Notes: generated from the letters alone by a model not told the origin. A stretch of 50,108 bases of DNA from Actinomycetes bacterium (GCA_046566345.1 JBKHWW010000195.1:1-50108), one strand, 5' to 3'. Positions 1 through 9,430 are shown, numbered from the stretch's first letter. Made by a program: numbers and translations.

Positions 1-1
1 C

Positions 2-331
2 GGTGGGCGCCCCGACAAGGGCGGACGTCAGCGCGACACCCCCGGCGGCCTGGCCACGTACCGCATTGCGGTCGGACGACGTCACCAGGTGGCACCGCGC
101 CAGATCGTGGGGGCGCTTGCCAACGAGGGCGGCCTGCAGCGCGGAGACTTCGGCCGAATCGACATCCGCGCCGACCACTCGCTGGTCGAGTTGCCCGCCA
201 ACCTGTCACCGCAGGTGTTGGACGCCCTCCGCTCCACCCGCATCTCGGGCAAGCTGATCGAGCTCCAGGCCGATCGGGGCGGCCGCGCCGAGCGCAGGGA
301 ATGGGCCCCGAAGAAGAAGTACCGCGACTGA
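2..331 (+). CDS. deaD: DEAD-box RNA helicase, C-terminal DbpA RNA-binding domain (5' partial)
   Basis: Frame 2 is open from the window edge: YRIAVGRRHQVAPRQIVGALANEGGL...FGRIDIRADHSLVELP...LRSTRISGKLIEL, typical of the DeaD/CsdA DbpA domain. Confidence 0.85.
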   Translation, partial: GGRPDKGGRQRDTPGGLATYRIAVGRRHQVAPRQIVGALANEGGLQRGDFGRIDIRADHSLVELPANLSPQVLDALRSTRISGKLIELQADRGGRAERREWAPKKKYRD

Positions 332-358
332 AGCCGTCCCACTCCCTACGATGAGCGC

Positions 359-1387
359 ATGGCAGACACCACGCTGGTCCTGATCGGCAACGCGAAGAGT
401 GGCACGATCACCGCGCTCCGGCTCGGTGAATCCAGCCTCGACCCCCTCGCTACGTCGGATGTCGGGGCTGGGTGCTCGACCTTTGCCGTCGACCCCAACC
501 GCGACCTGGTCTACAGCGCCACCAAGGACCCGCGTCCCGCGGTCGTCACGCTGGCCCTGGACCGGGCCTCCGGCGAGCTGACCGAGGTGACGCGCCGCGA
601 GGTGCCGGACACCCTGGCATACCTGGCGCTCGCCCGCTCGGGTCACGTGCTCCTCGGCGCGTCCTACCACGGCGGATGGGGGACCGCCTGGCCGGTGGTC
701 GACGGACGCCTCGGCGAGCCGACGTCCCGCCTCCAGCACCGGAACGTCCATTGCGTGGTGCCGGACGCCCACGGCGCGCACGCCTACTTCGTCGCCCTCG
801 GCGACGACCTCGTCGCGCAGTGCTCGATCGGTCCGAACGCCCTGCTCACCCCGCTCGACCCGCCGACGGTCAGCGTGCCTTCGGGCGCGGGAGCACGGCA
901 CCTGGTTGTGGGACCCGACGGAACGTCGGCCTACCTCATGACAGAGTTCACCGGCGAAGCGATCCGGTTCGACCGGGACCCGGGCACCGGCCGCCTCAGC
1001 GCGGCCGAGTCCGTCCCGGCCTACGACACTGCCCGCGGTCTGGCCACCAGCGCTTTCGGCGCGGACCCGCAGGCGGGCCACCTGATCTGGGGTGCAGACC
1101 TCCATGTGGTCGCGGGCGGGCGGTTCCTCGTCTGCTCCGAGCGCACCGAGAGCACGCTGGCCACCGTGGCGCTGGACGCCGATGGCCGCCTGGGGGAGGT
1201 GGTCGCGATCACCGACACTGAGAAGCAGCCGCGCGGCTTCAACGTCACCCCCGACGGGGGGCACCTCGTGGTCGCGGGCGAGGGCTCGGGCCAGGTGACG
1301 CTGTATCGGGTCGCCGACGACGGCTCGCTGAAGAACCTGGACCGCGTGACCACCGGCGAGGGCCCCAACTGGGTCCGCTTCGCCTGA
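359..1387 (+). CDS. Lactonase family beta-propeller protein (6-phosphogluconolactonase-like)
   Basis: Motifs ASYHGG, HCVV, LGDD, GAGARH, PRGF, GEGPNWV. TACGAT -10 hexamer 6 nt before ATG. Confidence 0.85.
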   Translation: MADTTLVLIGNAKSGTITALRLGESSLDPLATSDVGAGCSTFAVDPNRDLVYSATKDPRPAVVTLALDRASGELTEVTRREVPDTLAYLALARSGHVLLGASYHGGWGTAWPVVDGRLGEPTSRLQHRNVHCVVPDAHGAHAYFVALGDDLVAQCSIGPNALLTPLDPPTVSVPSGAGARHLVVGPDGTSAYLMTEFTGEAIRFDRDPGTGRLSAAESVPAYDTARGLATSAFGADPQAGHLIWGADLHVVAGGRFLVCSERTESTLATVALDADGRLGEVVAITDTEKQPRGFNVTPDGGHLVVAGEGSGQVTLYRVADDGSLKNLDRVTTGEGPNWVRFA

Positions 1388-1417
1388 GCTGGCCCCGCTC
1401 GCGCGGCGTCGGGGGCG

Positions 1418-2026
1418 TCAGCGGAGCCGGACGAAGACGAACTGGTCGCCGGTCGGGCGGCGAGACACCACGCCGTCGGGCGAGCGGTCCACGACGACCA
1501 TCTCGTGCGAGACCGGGATCACCATCCGACCGCCGGGGGCGAGCTGGTCCACCAGTGCTGCGGGGATCTCGCCGCCGTCCGCCGAGACCAGGATCCGGTC
1601 GTACGGCGCATCCTCGGGCCAGCCGAGGACGCCGTCGGCCAACTCGAAGCGGACCCACGGGAAGCGGCCTGCCAGGTTTTCCCGTGCCATGTCCACCAGC
1701 TCGGGGATGATGTCCACTCCCACGACGGAACCCGCCGGCCCGCACAGGTGGCCGAGGAGGGCCGACGTCCAGCCCGAGCCGCTTCCCACGTCCAGGACTC
1801 GGTCGCCCGGCTGCACGTCGAGCCTGGCCAGCATGTAGCGCACGGTCCAGGGCTGGGAGTTCGTGGCTCCGTACCCGATCGGCAAGGGGTTGTCCTGCCA
1901 GGCGTACGGCTTCTGCTCGGGCGGCAGGAAGTCTGCCCTCGGGACCGCGGCGAAGGCGGCCTCCAGCGCGGAAGCGGGGCTGCGACGTCCGGACGCCGGG
2001 CCCTCGGCGGGCTGAGTGGGCACCAT
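1418..2026 (-). CDS. pcm: Protein-L-isoaspartate O-methyltransferase
   Basis: AVPRADF, LPIGYGATNSQP, VLDVGSGSGW, APYDRILVSA, QLAPGGRMVIPV. Start moved to ATG at 2026, 5 nt after the upstream gene's stop. Confidence 0.88.
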   Translation of the reverse strand: MVPTQPAEGPASGRRSPASALEAAFAAVPRADFLPPEQKPYAWQDNPLPIGYGATNSQPWTVRYMLARLDVQPGDRVLDVGSGSGWTSALLGHLCGPAGSVVGVDIIPELVDMARENLAGRFPWVRFELADGVLGWPEDAPYDRILVSADGGEIPAALVDQLAPGGRMVIPVSHEMVVVDRSPDGVVSRRPTGDQFVFVRLR

Positions 2027-2031
2027 CGGGG

Positions 2032-2712
2032 CTACTCGGTTCCGGTCGCGCGCTCGGCGTGGTCGACCACGACCTGCTGAGGGTGGCTGGCCTGCCACTC
2101 CCAGAGGGTGCCCGGACGCCCGCGTCCGAGCACCACGCGCTTGCTGCTGACTCCCAAGCCCTTCACCGAGGCGAGCCTTCGGTTGAGGTTGCCGCGGTCG
2201 GGGGAGGTGCCGGTTAGCGACCGCGTGATCGCGACCGCGGCGGAGACCGGGAACGTCGGGCCGGTGAGCGCGCGCGTGAACGTGAGGTCGCGCCACAGCC
2301 GGTCGACCAGGAGGGGCCGACAGAACTCGATCATCTGGTCGTGGTCGAAGGCGAGGTGCGGCACGTCGTCGACCGGGTGCCACTCCACCGAGTCGAACGC
2401 CTCGCTGACGTGGTCCGCTACGGCCCACATCACCACCGACAAGGTGAAACCCCGCGGGTCGCGGTGGGGCTCGTCGAAGACGGTGAGCTGCCCCAGCCCA
2501 CGGACGCCGAGGCCGAGCCGGGTGGCGACGGCGCGCTCGGCGGCGTCCGCGAGGCGTTCGCCCTCCCAAAGGGTGACTCCGGGCAGCGCCAGCTGGTTGA
2601 TGTAGGGCTCGTGGGTCCGGGGCGCGAGCGCCAGTTCGACCCTGCGCGCGTCGACGTTGTAGCGGAGGGTCAGTGCGTCGACTGACACGTTTGACGTGGG
2701 TTGGCGATCCAT
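2032..2712 (-). CDS. NrtR-like Nudix-wHTH regulator with degenerate Nudix box
   Basis: VSVD...EPY...ALPG, QLTVFDEPHRDPRG, LAFDH, and C-terminal DRGNLNRR...GRP as in NrtR. Confidence 0.75.
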   Translation of the reverse strand: MDRQPTSNVSVDALTLRYNVDARRVELALAPRTHEPYINQLALPGVTLWEGERLADAAERAVATRLGLGVRGLGQLTVFDEPHRDPRGFTLSVVMWAVADHVSEAFDSVEWHPVDDVPHLAFDHDQMIEFCRPLLVDRLWRDLTFTRALTGPTFPVSAAVAITRSLTGTSPDRGNLNRRLASVKGLGVSSKRVVLGRGRPGTLWEWQASHPQQVVVDHAERATGTE

Positions 2713-2744
2713 CAGTACGTCCTTGTCAGCGGATTGCCCTCAGG

Positions 2745-2770
2745 TTACCCCGCTTTTTGGTCGGGCAAAC
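2745..2770 (-). promoter_or_regulatory. Putative SigF/SigB-type promoter GTTT-N16-GGGTAA for the NrtR-like/pcm operon
   Basis: Minus strand GTTTgcccgaccaaaaagcgGGGTAA. An overlapping TAACCT could instead be a sigmaA -10. Confidence 0.5.
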
Positions 2771-2814
2771 AATCGTGACCGACTTCCCGCGATGGTCGAT
2801 AGGATGGCCCGCTG

Positions 2815-5800
2815 ATGACCACCTACCCGGACTGGGTCCTAAGCTTCAGCGACGCAGAGCTCGAGCGCCGATTCGGCTTCGAGACGATGGTGCGCGGTCG
2901 TGAGTACGCCCGGCAGGGCAGGGTGGGCAGCATCCAACGCTCGGGCGAACTCGTGATGGCGCGGGTGCGTGGCAGCACCTTCCAGGCGTACCAGGCGTCG
3001 GTGGTCTGCCAGGCCGGGCCGACCTCGCTGGTCGCCATTTGCACCTGCCCGGTGCGGCGCGACTGCAAGCACGCCGTCGCCCTGCTCCTGCACATGAGAA
3101 CGGTCGAGAGGCGCCGGAGCACGCCCGCCTGGCAGCAGGCGCTCGACCCGCTGCTGTCCCGGGCCGCACCGGGGCGCGGTGGCGTCCGGCTTGCGCTGCA
3201 GGTCAACCAGAGCGCGTACGGCGTGATGCTGCGCCCACTCAAGCGCGGCGCGCGGGACGCCTGGGTGAAGTCGGGAGCCACCTGGGACGACATCCGCTTC
3301 CCGCGCGGGGCCGGGTTCGACCAGCTGCAGCGGGACATCTTGTTCGATCTGCTCGAGTCCCGGTCGCGCAGTGAGTTCTCCTACGGCCATCGCGTGGACG
3401 CCCTTCCCCTCGAAGAGCTGCGCCCGGACGCCTGGGCCGCCCTCCGGCGAGCCGTGGACCACGGCGTCCCCCTGCTGGGGGGTGAGGGCCTGCGGCGGGA
3501 GCGACTCCCCGACCCCGTCTTGGCCGGCGAACCGTTCGAGCCGGTCATCGAGGTGCGCGTCGGCCGAGACGGGGGCTTGGCCGTGGTTCCCGCCGTCCGG
3601 CACGCGGGGGAGATCCGGGAACTCGCCCGCGACGACTACGTCGGACGCCCCGCGCACGGCGTGGTCAGCACCCTCGGCGGCGACCGGCTCGTGCTCGGCC
3701 CGTTGACCCGGCCCCTTGATCAGGCCGAGCAGGCGCTGTTCACCGGCTCGGGTGTCCTCAGCGTCCCCGAGGCGGAGGTCGGGCTCTTCGCGACCGGCTT
3801 CCTGCCCCAGTTGCGGCAACGCCTCACCGTGCACGTCGAGGGCGACCTCGCGTTGCCCGAGCCTGTTCCGCCGGTCCTCGTCTGCAGGGTGGGCTTCGGC
3901 GAGCGCGCGGCGTCCGTCGCGTGGGGGTTCCGCTACGCCGTCGGCGGCGACCGGGTCGACCTGGGTCTGCAGCCTCGGTTGGCCGACCCGCCGGTGCGCG
4001 ACCCGAGCGCGGAGGCCGCGTTGGCGGCGTCCGTGCCCGACGGGCCCTGGCGCGCCCTCGGCCCGACCGGTGCCCCCGAGCTGCAGGACGCCGAACTGGC
4101 CGGGCGGACGCTGATCGGTTTCAGCACGGACGTGCTGCCCGGGCTCGCTACGCGCGAAGACGTCGTGGTCGAGCAGAACCGGCAGGCGCCCACCTTCACC
4201 GAGGCGACCGACGGACCCACCGTGTCCCTGGCGGTGACCGACTCCGCCCACGGTGACTGGTTCGACCTGGCCGTCGAGGTCAGCGTCGCCGGCGAGCAGG
4301 TTCCCTTCGCCGAGCTGTTCGCAGCGCTCGCCGCCGGGGAAGACCACCTGCTGCTGGACTCGGGCACCTGGTTCTCCCTGGACCGGCCCGAGCTCGACCA
4401 GCTCCGCCAGTTGATCGACGAGGCGCGCGCGCTCGTCGACCACGAGGGATCGACGTTCCGGCTGCGTCCCGAGCATGCGGGCCTGTGGCAGGAGCTCGTC
4501 GAACTGGGCGTCGTCGCCGAGCAGTCCGCAGCGTGGCAGGGGGCCATCGGCGCGCTGCTCGATCTGGAGTCGCTGCCCGAGGCGGAGCCGCCCGCGGGCC
4601 TCCAGGCGACCCTGCGCCCCTACCAGCTCACGGGGTTTCGCTGGCTGGCCTTCCTGTGGCGGTCGCGCCTGGGCGGCATCCTCGCCGACGAGATGGGTCT
4701 GGGCAAGACCGTGCAGGCGCTCGCGCTCGCCCAGGCTGCGCACGAGGCCGGCGAGCTCGACCGTCCGATGCTCGTCGTCGCGCCGACGTCGGTGATCGGC
4801 ACCTGGGCGTCCGAGGCGGCGAAGTTCGCGCCCGACCTGCGGGTGGTGACGATCAGCGGCACCGACCGGCGCCGCGGCACCGACCTGGCGGACGCCGTGG
4901 GCGACGCGCAGGTGGTGCTCACCTCGTACACCCTGTTGCGCCTCGAGGCGGACGCCTACCACGCGCTGACGTGGTCGGCGGTCTTCCTCGACGAGGCGCA
5001 GTTCGTGAAGAACCACGCGTCGAAGGCGTACCAGGCGGTCCGCCGGCTGAGGGCGCGCCACAAGGTGGCCCTGTCCGGGACGCCGCTGGAGAACAACTTG
5101 ATGGACCTGTGGTCGCTGCTGTCGATCACAGCGCCGGGCCTGTTCGTCGACCCGAAAGCGTTCGCCGAGGTGTACCGCAGGCCGATCGAGTCCGGGGACG
5201 CCGACGCGCTCGGCAGACTGCACCGTCGGATCCGGCCGCTGATCTTGCGTCGCACCAAGGCGGCGGTCGCCGCGGAACTGCCCGACAAGCAGGAGCAGGT
5301 GGTCCCCGTCGAGTTGGCCCCGGCGCACCGCAAGCTGTACGACCGCCACCTGGCCCGGGAGCGTCAGAAAGTGCTCGGCCTCGTCGGTGATCTCTCCCGC
5401 AACCGCATCACGATCCTGCGCTCGCTGACGCTGCTGCGACAGCTGAGTCTGGCGCCCTCGCTGGTAGACCCTGACTACCCGGCGGGGTCGGCGAAGATCG
5501 ACGCCTTGCTGGAGTGGCTCGAGGAGGTCGTCTCCGAGGGCCACCGTGCCCTCGTTTTCAGCCAGTTCACGGGGTTCCTGGGGCTGGTGCGCGCGCGACT
5601 GGGAGCCGAGGGGATCGCGTACGAGTACCTTGACGGTCGAACGCGCGACCGCGCGGCGCGGATCGACGCCTTCCGAACCGGCGACGCCCCGGTGTTCTTG
5701 ATCAGCCTCAAGGCGGGCGGGTTCGGGCTCACCCTGACTGAGGCCGACTACGTGTTCATCCTCGACCCGTGGTGGAACCCCGCCGCCGAGAGCCAGGCGA

Positions 5801-5997
5801 TCGACCGGACGCACCGGATCGGCCAGGACAAGCCCGTGAACGTGTACCGCCTAGTCTCGGCCGACACGATCGAGGAGAAGGTCGTCGCGCTGCAGGAGCG
5901 CAAGCGTCACTTGTTCGACACGGTGGTCGGGCAGGCGTCCGACCTCGCCGCGCCGCTCAGCGCCGACGACATCCGGGGTCTGCTGGACCCGTCCTGA
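2815..5997 (+). CDS. SWIM zinc-finger SNF2/SWI2 family helicase
   Basis: CTCPVRRDCKH (SWIM), LRPYQ, ILADEMGLGKT, DEAQ, SGTPLEN, FSQF, SLKAGGFGLTL, QAIDRTHRIGQ. Confidence 0.95.
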   Translation: MTTYPDWVLSFSDAELERRFGFETMVRGREYARQGRVGSIQRSGELVMARVRGSTFQAYQASVVCQAGPTSLVAICTCPVRRDCKHAVALLLHMRTVERRRSTPAWQQALDPLLSRAAPGRGGVRLALQVNQSAYGVMLRPLKRGARDAWVKSGATWDDIRFPRGAGFDQLQRDILFDLLESRSRSEFSYGHRVDALPLEELRPDAWAALRRAVDHGVPLLGGEGLRRERLPDPVLAGEPFEPVIEVRVGRDGGLAVVPAVRHAGEIRELARDDYVGRPAHGVVSTLGGDRLVLGPLTRPLDQAEQALFTGSGVLSVPEAEVGLFATGFLPQLRQRLTVHVEGDLALPEPVPPVLVCRVGFGERAASVAWGFRYAVGGDRVDLGLQPRLADPPVRDPSAEAALAASVPDGPWRALGPTGAPELQDAELAGRTLIGFSTDVLPGLATREDVVVEQNRQAPTFTEATDGPTVSLAVTDSAHGDWFDLAVEVSVAGEQVPFAELFAALAAGEDHLLLDSGTWFSLDRPELDQLRQLIDEARALVDHEGSTFRLRPEHAGLWQELVELGVVAEQSAAWQGAIGALLDLESLPEAEPPAGLQATLRPYQLTGFRWLAFLWRSRLGGILADEMGLGKTVQALALAQAAHEAGELDRPMLVVAPTSVIGTWASEAAKFAPDLRVVTISGTDRRRGTDLADAVGDAQVVLTSYTLLRLEADAYHALTWSAVFLDEAQFVKNHASKAYQAVRRLRARHKVALSGTPLENNLMDLWSLLSITAPGLFVDPKAFAEVYRRPIESGDADALGRLHRRIRPLILRRTKAAVAAELPDKQEQVVPVELAPAHRKLYDRHLARERQKVLGLVGDLSRNRITILRSLTLLRQLSLAPSLVDPDYPAGSAKIDALLEWLEEVVSEGHRALVFSQFTGFLGLVRARLGAEGIAYEYLDGRTRDRAARIDAFRTGDAPVFLISLKAGGFGLTLTEADYVFILDPWWNPAAESQAIDRTHRIGQDKPVNVYRLVSADTIEEKVVALQERKRHLFDTVVGQASDLAAPLSADDIRGLLDPS

Positions 5998-6023
5998 CCG
6001 CGCCTGACGACGTGGGGTGCTGG

Positions 6024-6063
6024 AGGCGTCCACCTGATGCAAAAACGCATGAGGTGGACGCCT
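6024..6063. terminator. Long GC-rich hairpin after the SNF2 gene (terminator-like)
   Basis: AGGCGTCCACCT-gATGCaaaaacGCATg-AGGTGGACGCCT: 12-bp perfect outer stem plus 4-bp inner stem, no U tract. Confidence 0.55.
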
Positions 6064-6084
6064 GCCGGCGTGGACGCCGGGCCG

Positions 6085-6140
6085 CCGTCCACAGCCGCAT
6101 GGTGGACCGGTGGCGCACTTTCGGGCGGCGTGCCTAGGCT
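6085..6140 (+). promoter_or_regulatory. Composite promoter 1 of the tad locus: CCGTCCACA-N25-TTTCGG-N10-TAGGCT (PafBC/RecA-NDp-like)
   Basis: One mismatch to TGTCGG-N10-TANNNT. Near-identical architecture to 10577-10631. Confidence 0.55.
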
Positions 6141-6182
6141 CTGGGCCGTTCAACACCCCCGGAACAACGTGAGGACCACCCC

Positions 6183-6815
6183 ATGGAACCCCCCGCTCCC
6201 TCCGCGAATCACCCGCGCCTCCGCCTGCGACGAAGCCCCGCCTGGCTGATGGCGGGCCTCCTCGCCGTCTGCCTCGGCGGGCTCGGCTCGGCGTTCGTGT
6301 ACTCGTCGGTCGCGGCGTCCGACCCGGTCCTGCGCGTCAACCGCACCATCCACCGCGGCGAGGTGATCACAGAGGCTGATCTCGCCGTCGTCTCGGTGGG
6401 GGCCGGCATCGACGTGCGCACGGTCACCGACGAACGGCTCCGCGAGGTCGTCGGTCGGGCCGCGGTCTCCGACATCCCTGGTGGGAGCCTGCTGGTGGAG
6501 GGGTCGTGGGGCGACCCCGGGCAGCCGTTGGGCACGGCGCGGGTCGGCGTCCGCATCGAGCCGGGCAGGTACCCGGCCACCGACCTCGTCCCGGGCACCT
6601 CGCTTCTGGTGGTCGCACTGCCCGACGCGAACGCGGTCGGCGCGCAGGCGGAGCTTCCCGCCAGCGTCGAGACGACGCTGGTCGACGTGCCGGCCGCCCA
6701 GCCCGACGGCAGCGTCACGGTCGATCTGCACGTGCCCTCCACGCAGGCAGAGACGGTGGCGAGGCTGGCGTCCGCGGATCGGGTCTCGCTCGTTCAGCAG
6801 GGGAGCGCGCGGTGA
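6183..6815 (+). CDS. SAF domain protein (CpaB/RcpC-like Flp pilus assembly protein)
   Basis: N-terminal TM, then VLRVNRTIHRGEVITEADL...GRAAVSDIPGGSLL (SAF). tad context. Confidence 0.8.
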   Translation: MEPPAPSANHPRLRLRRSPAWLMAGLLAVCLGGLGSAFVYSSVAASDPVLRVNRTIHRGEVITEADLAVVSVGAGIDVRTVTDERLREVVGRAAVSDIPGGSLLVEGSWGDPGQPLGTARVGVRIEPGRYPATDLVPGTSLLVVALPDANAVGAQAELPASVETTLVDVPAAQPDGSVTVDLHVPSTQAETVARLASADRVSLVQQGSAR

Positions 6816-7609
6816 GTGTGCTCGTGCTCGCCAGCGCCAGTGGAGCGCCCGGGGTGACCACGACGGCACTCGGGCTGGCCCTGAACTGGCCCGGCGACTC
6901 CGTCCTGGTGGACGCCGACCGCGCCGCATCCCAGGGCGTCCTCGCCGGATATCTCAGCGGCGAGGCCCACCACGGTGCGGGGCTTCAGGGTGTCCTGCAG
7001 GCGCACCGCGAGCGGCGCCCGATGGACGCGGCTCTCGCATCCGAGTGGCGGCCGTTGCCGGAATTGCCCCGGGGGCCGAAGGAGGGGCCGGGCGGCGAAC
7101 GCCGCTTCCTGCCCGGCTTCAGCCATCTGGGCTCGGTGGACTTGTTCGACTTGGTCTGGCCGGGTGTGCTGGACGCCGCCCGCGGCGCCCCCTACGACGT
7201 CCTCGTGGACGCCGGCCGGACCGGCCACCACGGCCTGCCGAACAGCCTGGTGGCGGGGGCGGACGCCGTCGGACTGGTCTGTCGGACGTCGCTGGCGTCC
7301 CTGGCCGCCCTTCGGCTTCATCTGCCTCCACTGCTGGAGGCGGGGGCGCCCGGCCGCGTCGGCCTGATCCTCGTCGGGCCCGGACGCCCCTACGCGGCCC
7401 GCGAGGTGGCTGAGCAGTTCGGCGTCGGCGTGCTGGCAGAGATCGCGTGGGACCCCGCCGCAGCGGTCGAGCTGAACGAGGGGCCAGTGGGCCGTGGCTG
7501 GCTCCGGACGGCTTTGGCCCGCTCCCTGCGGCGGGCGGCGGACCGGCTGGCCGCCGACCAAGTGGCCGCGTTTGTCTCCCCGGACACGGGGGTACAGGCG
7601 CGGGCATGA
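6812..7609 (+). CDS. MinD/ParA-like TadZ/CpaE-type protein with deviant Walker A
   Basis: SASGAPGVTTTALGLA, VLVDAD, DVLVDAGR. GTGA overlap with the SAF gene. Confidence 0.75.
   Translation: MSVLVLASASGAPGVTTTALGLALNWPGDSVLVDADRAASQGVLAGYLSGEAHHGAGLQGVLQAHRERRPMDAALASEWRPLPELPRGPKEGPGGERRFLPGFSHLGSVDLFDLVWPGVLDAARGAPYDVLVDAGRTGHHGLPNSLVAGADAVGLVCRTSLASLAALRLHLPPLLEAGAPGRVGLILVGPGRPYAAREVAEQFGVGVLAEIAWDPAAAVELNEGPVGRGWLRTALARSLRRAADRLAADQVAAFVSPDTGVQARA
7570..7595 (+). promoter_or_regulatory. SigF/SigB-type promoter GTTT-N16-GGGTAC inside the 3' end of the MinD-like gene
   Basis: GTTTgtctccccggacacggGGGTAC, 10 nt before the dehydrogenase ATG. Confidence 0.65.
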
Positions 7610-8805
7610 GAGCCGTGACCTGGCAGGGCCCCCGTCGCATCGAGGTCCGCGACGTGCCCGACCCCCACATCAGTGCGCCCACCGACGCCATCGTGAGGCT
7701 CACGTCCACGGCGATCTGCGGGTCGGACCTCCACCTTTACGAGGTCCTCGCCCCTTACCTGAGCGAGGGCGACGTCCTCGGCCACGAGGGCATGGGCATC
7801 GTCGAAGAGGTGGGGTCCGGGGTCACCCACGTGGCACCGGGGGACCGCGTCGTGATCCCCTTCGGCATCGCGTGCGGCACGTGCTGGATGTGCCAGCGCG
7901 GGCTGCAGTCCCAGTGCGAGGTTACCCAGGTGCGCGAACACGGCAAGGGGGCCGCCCTCTTCGGGTACACCACCCTGTACGGAAGCGTGCCGGGCTGCCA
8001 GGCCGAGTACGTCCGCGTGCCGCACGCCGATTACGGCCTGGTGCGCGTCCCCGACGAGGGCGACGACGAGCGCTGGCTCTACCTCTCCGACATCCTGCCC
8101 ACCGCCTGGCAGGCGGCCCGGTATGCCGAGGTGTCCCCCGGCGATACGGTGGCCGTCCTCGGGCTCGGCCCGGTGGGCCAGCTCGCCGCCCGATCCGCCC
8201 TGCGACAGGGCGCCGAGCGCGTCATCGGTGTCGATCCGGTCCCCGAGCGCGTCGAGCGAGCTCGGCGGTCGGGTGTGGACGTGGTGGGCGATCTGGACGA
8301 CGTCCCCGGCGCCATCCTCGAACGGACCGCGGGCCGTGGTGCCGACCGCGTGATCGACGCGGTCGGAATGGAGGCCCACGGCAGCCCGGTGGCTCGAGGC
8401 GCCCTCGCCACCGTCGCCCGGTTGCCGAAACCGGTGGCACGCACGCTTGCGGCACGGATCGGCATCGATCAGATGGCGGCGCTGCAGACGGCCTTCGCGT
8501 CGGTACGCCGGGGTGGCACCGTGTCGGTGTCCGGGGTGTACGGGGGTGCGGCCGACCCCCTCAACCTCATGGAGCTCTTCGACAAGCAGGTCACGATCCG
8601 CCTGGGCCAGGCCAATGTCCGGAACTGGACCGACGAGTTGCTCGGCATGATCGTCGCCGACCCGGACGCCTTCGGCACCGAGGGCTTGGCTACGCACCAC
8701 CTCCCCCTCGAGGACGCAGCGACCGGCTACGACGTCTTCCAGCGCCGCGCGGACGGGTGCCTCAAGGTCGTCCTCCACCCGTCGGAGGCTCCCGGCAGGG
8801 TTTGA
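7606..8805 (+). CDS. Zinc-dependent alcohol dehydrogenase (glutathione-independent formaldehyde dehydrogenase-like)
   Basis: ICGSDLH, LGHE, CGTCWMC...C, LSDILPT, GLGPVG, IDAVGMEAHG. Confidence 0.92.
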   Translation: MRAVTWQGPRRIEVRDVPDPHISAPTDAIVRLTSTAICGSDLHLYEVLAPYLSEGDVLGHEGMGIVEEVGSGVTHVAPGDRVVIPFGIACGTCWMCQRGLQSQCEVTQVREHGKGAALFGYTTLYGSVPGCQAEYVRVPHADYGLVRVPDEGDDERWLYLSDILPTAWQAARYAEVSPGDTVAVLGLGPVGQLAARSALRQGAERVIGVDPVPERVERARRSGVDVVGDLDDVPGAILERTAGRGADRVIDAVGMEAHGSPVARGALATVARLPKPVARTLAARIGIDQMAALQTAFASVRRGGTVSVSGVYGGAADPLNLMELFDKQVTIRLGQANVRNWTDELLGMIVADPDAFGTEGLATHHLPLEDAATGYDVFQRRADGCLKVVLHPSEAPGRV

Positions 8806-8814
8806 CCCTCTGCG

Positions 8815-9405
8815 TCAGCCAGCCGCGCCGCTGTGAGCGCCCTCGAAGTCGCGGGGGGCGTCGTGAGTCGCGTACTTACGCGCGAGCGACATGTGCCCGC
8901 CGAGGAAGCCTCCGACGCTGAACCCCAGGGCGGCAGCGATCGAGAGCGCCATCCCCGCGGTGCTGGTGGGACCGGCACCCCGACCGCTCCGAGCGGCGAG
9001 CGACGCGACCAGCACCAGGGTGGACCCGGCGTTCACGGCGGCGTGGGCGACCCCGACGCGCTGAGTCCGCTCGTCGGCGTCCAGCCACTCCGCCATCCCG
9101 GTCAGGATCGACGGCAGGGCGCCCAGGCACGCCGTGGCCACGAGACGCCTGCTCTCGCGCCACGACGACCCGTGCCCCCACATGTCGAGCACGATGGCGC
9201 TGGTCAGCGCGCCCAGTGGCAGCTGGACTGCCAGCGGGTGAACCGCGTGGCCGACCGCCCGTCCCTGGAGCGCACGCTTGGCCGTCTGTCCCATCACGGC
9301 AGCGAGGGGCCCGCGCAGCTGACCGGCGAGGCCGCCGAGGCCCCGTGAATCCTCAAGCTGCTCTGCCCACGCGGTCGGCGCGGCACGGTCGGTCCTGGTG
9401 TCCAT
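8815..9405 (-). CDS. DUF2231-like membrane protein
   Basis: GHAVHPLAVQLPLG, TGMAEW, RVGVAHAAVN, GGFLGGHM. AGGAGG RBS upstream of ATG 9405. Confidence 0.75.
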   Translation of the reverse strand: MDTRTDRAAPTAWAEQLEDSRGLGGLAGQLRGPLAAVMGQTAKRALQGRAVGHAVHPLAVQLPLGALTSAIVLDMWGHGSSWRESRRLVATACLGALPSILTGMAEWLDADERTQRVGVAHAAVNAGSTLVLVASLAARSGRGAGPTSTAGMALSIAAALGFSVGGFLGGHMSLARKYATHDAPRDFEGAHSGAAG

Positions 9406-9430
9406 CGCATCCTCCTGATCGCAACTCTGC

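Noticed and set aside
1418-2569. 383-aa version of pcm, and similarly extended starts for merR, nei, tetR, DUF2231, GDPD and FMN reductase
   Set aside because: The extensions overlap neighbouring real genes. Downstream starts have RBS, coupling or -10 support.
2784-2805. PafBC motif upstream of the SNF2 helicase
   Set aside because: The hexamer at the required distance from TAGGAT is TTCCCG, too far from TGTCGG.
2839-5814. 991-aa antisense ORF over the SNF2 gene
   Set aside because: Shadow ORF from high GC3 bias, with no motifs. The sense gene is unambiguous.
6001-6180. Possible CRISPR array or MITE
   Set aside because: Repeats are 6-12 bp, irregularly spaced and inverted. No spacers, cas genes or target-site duplication.
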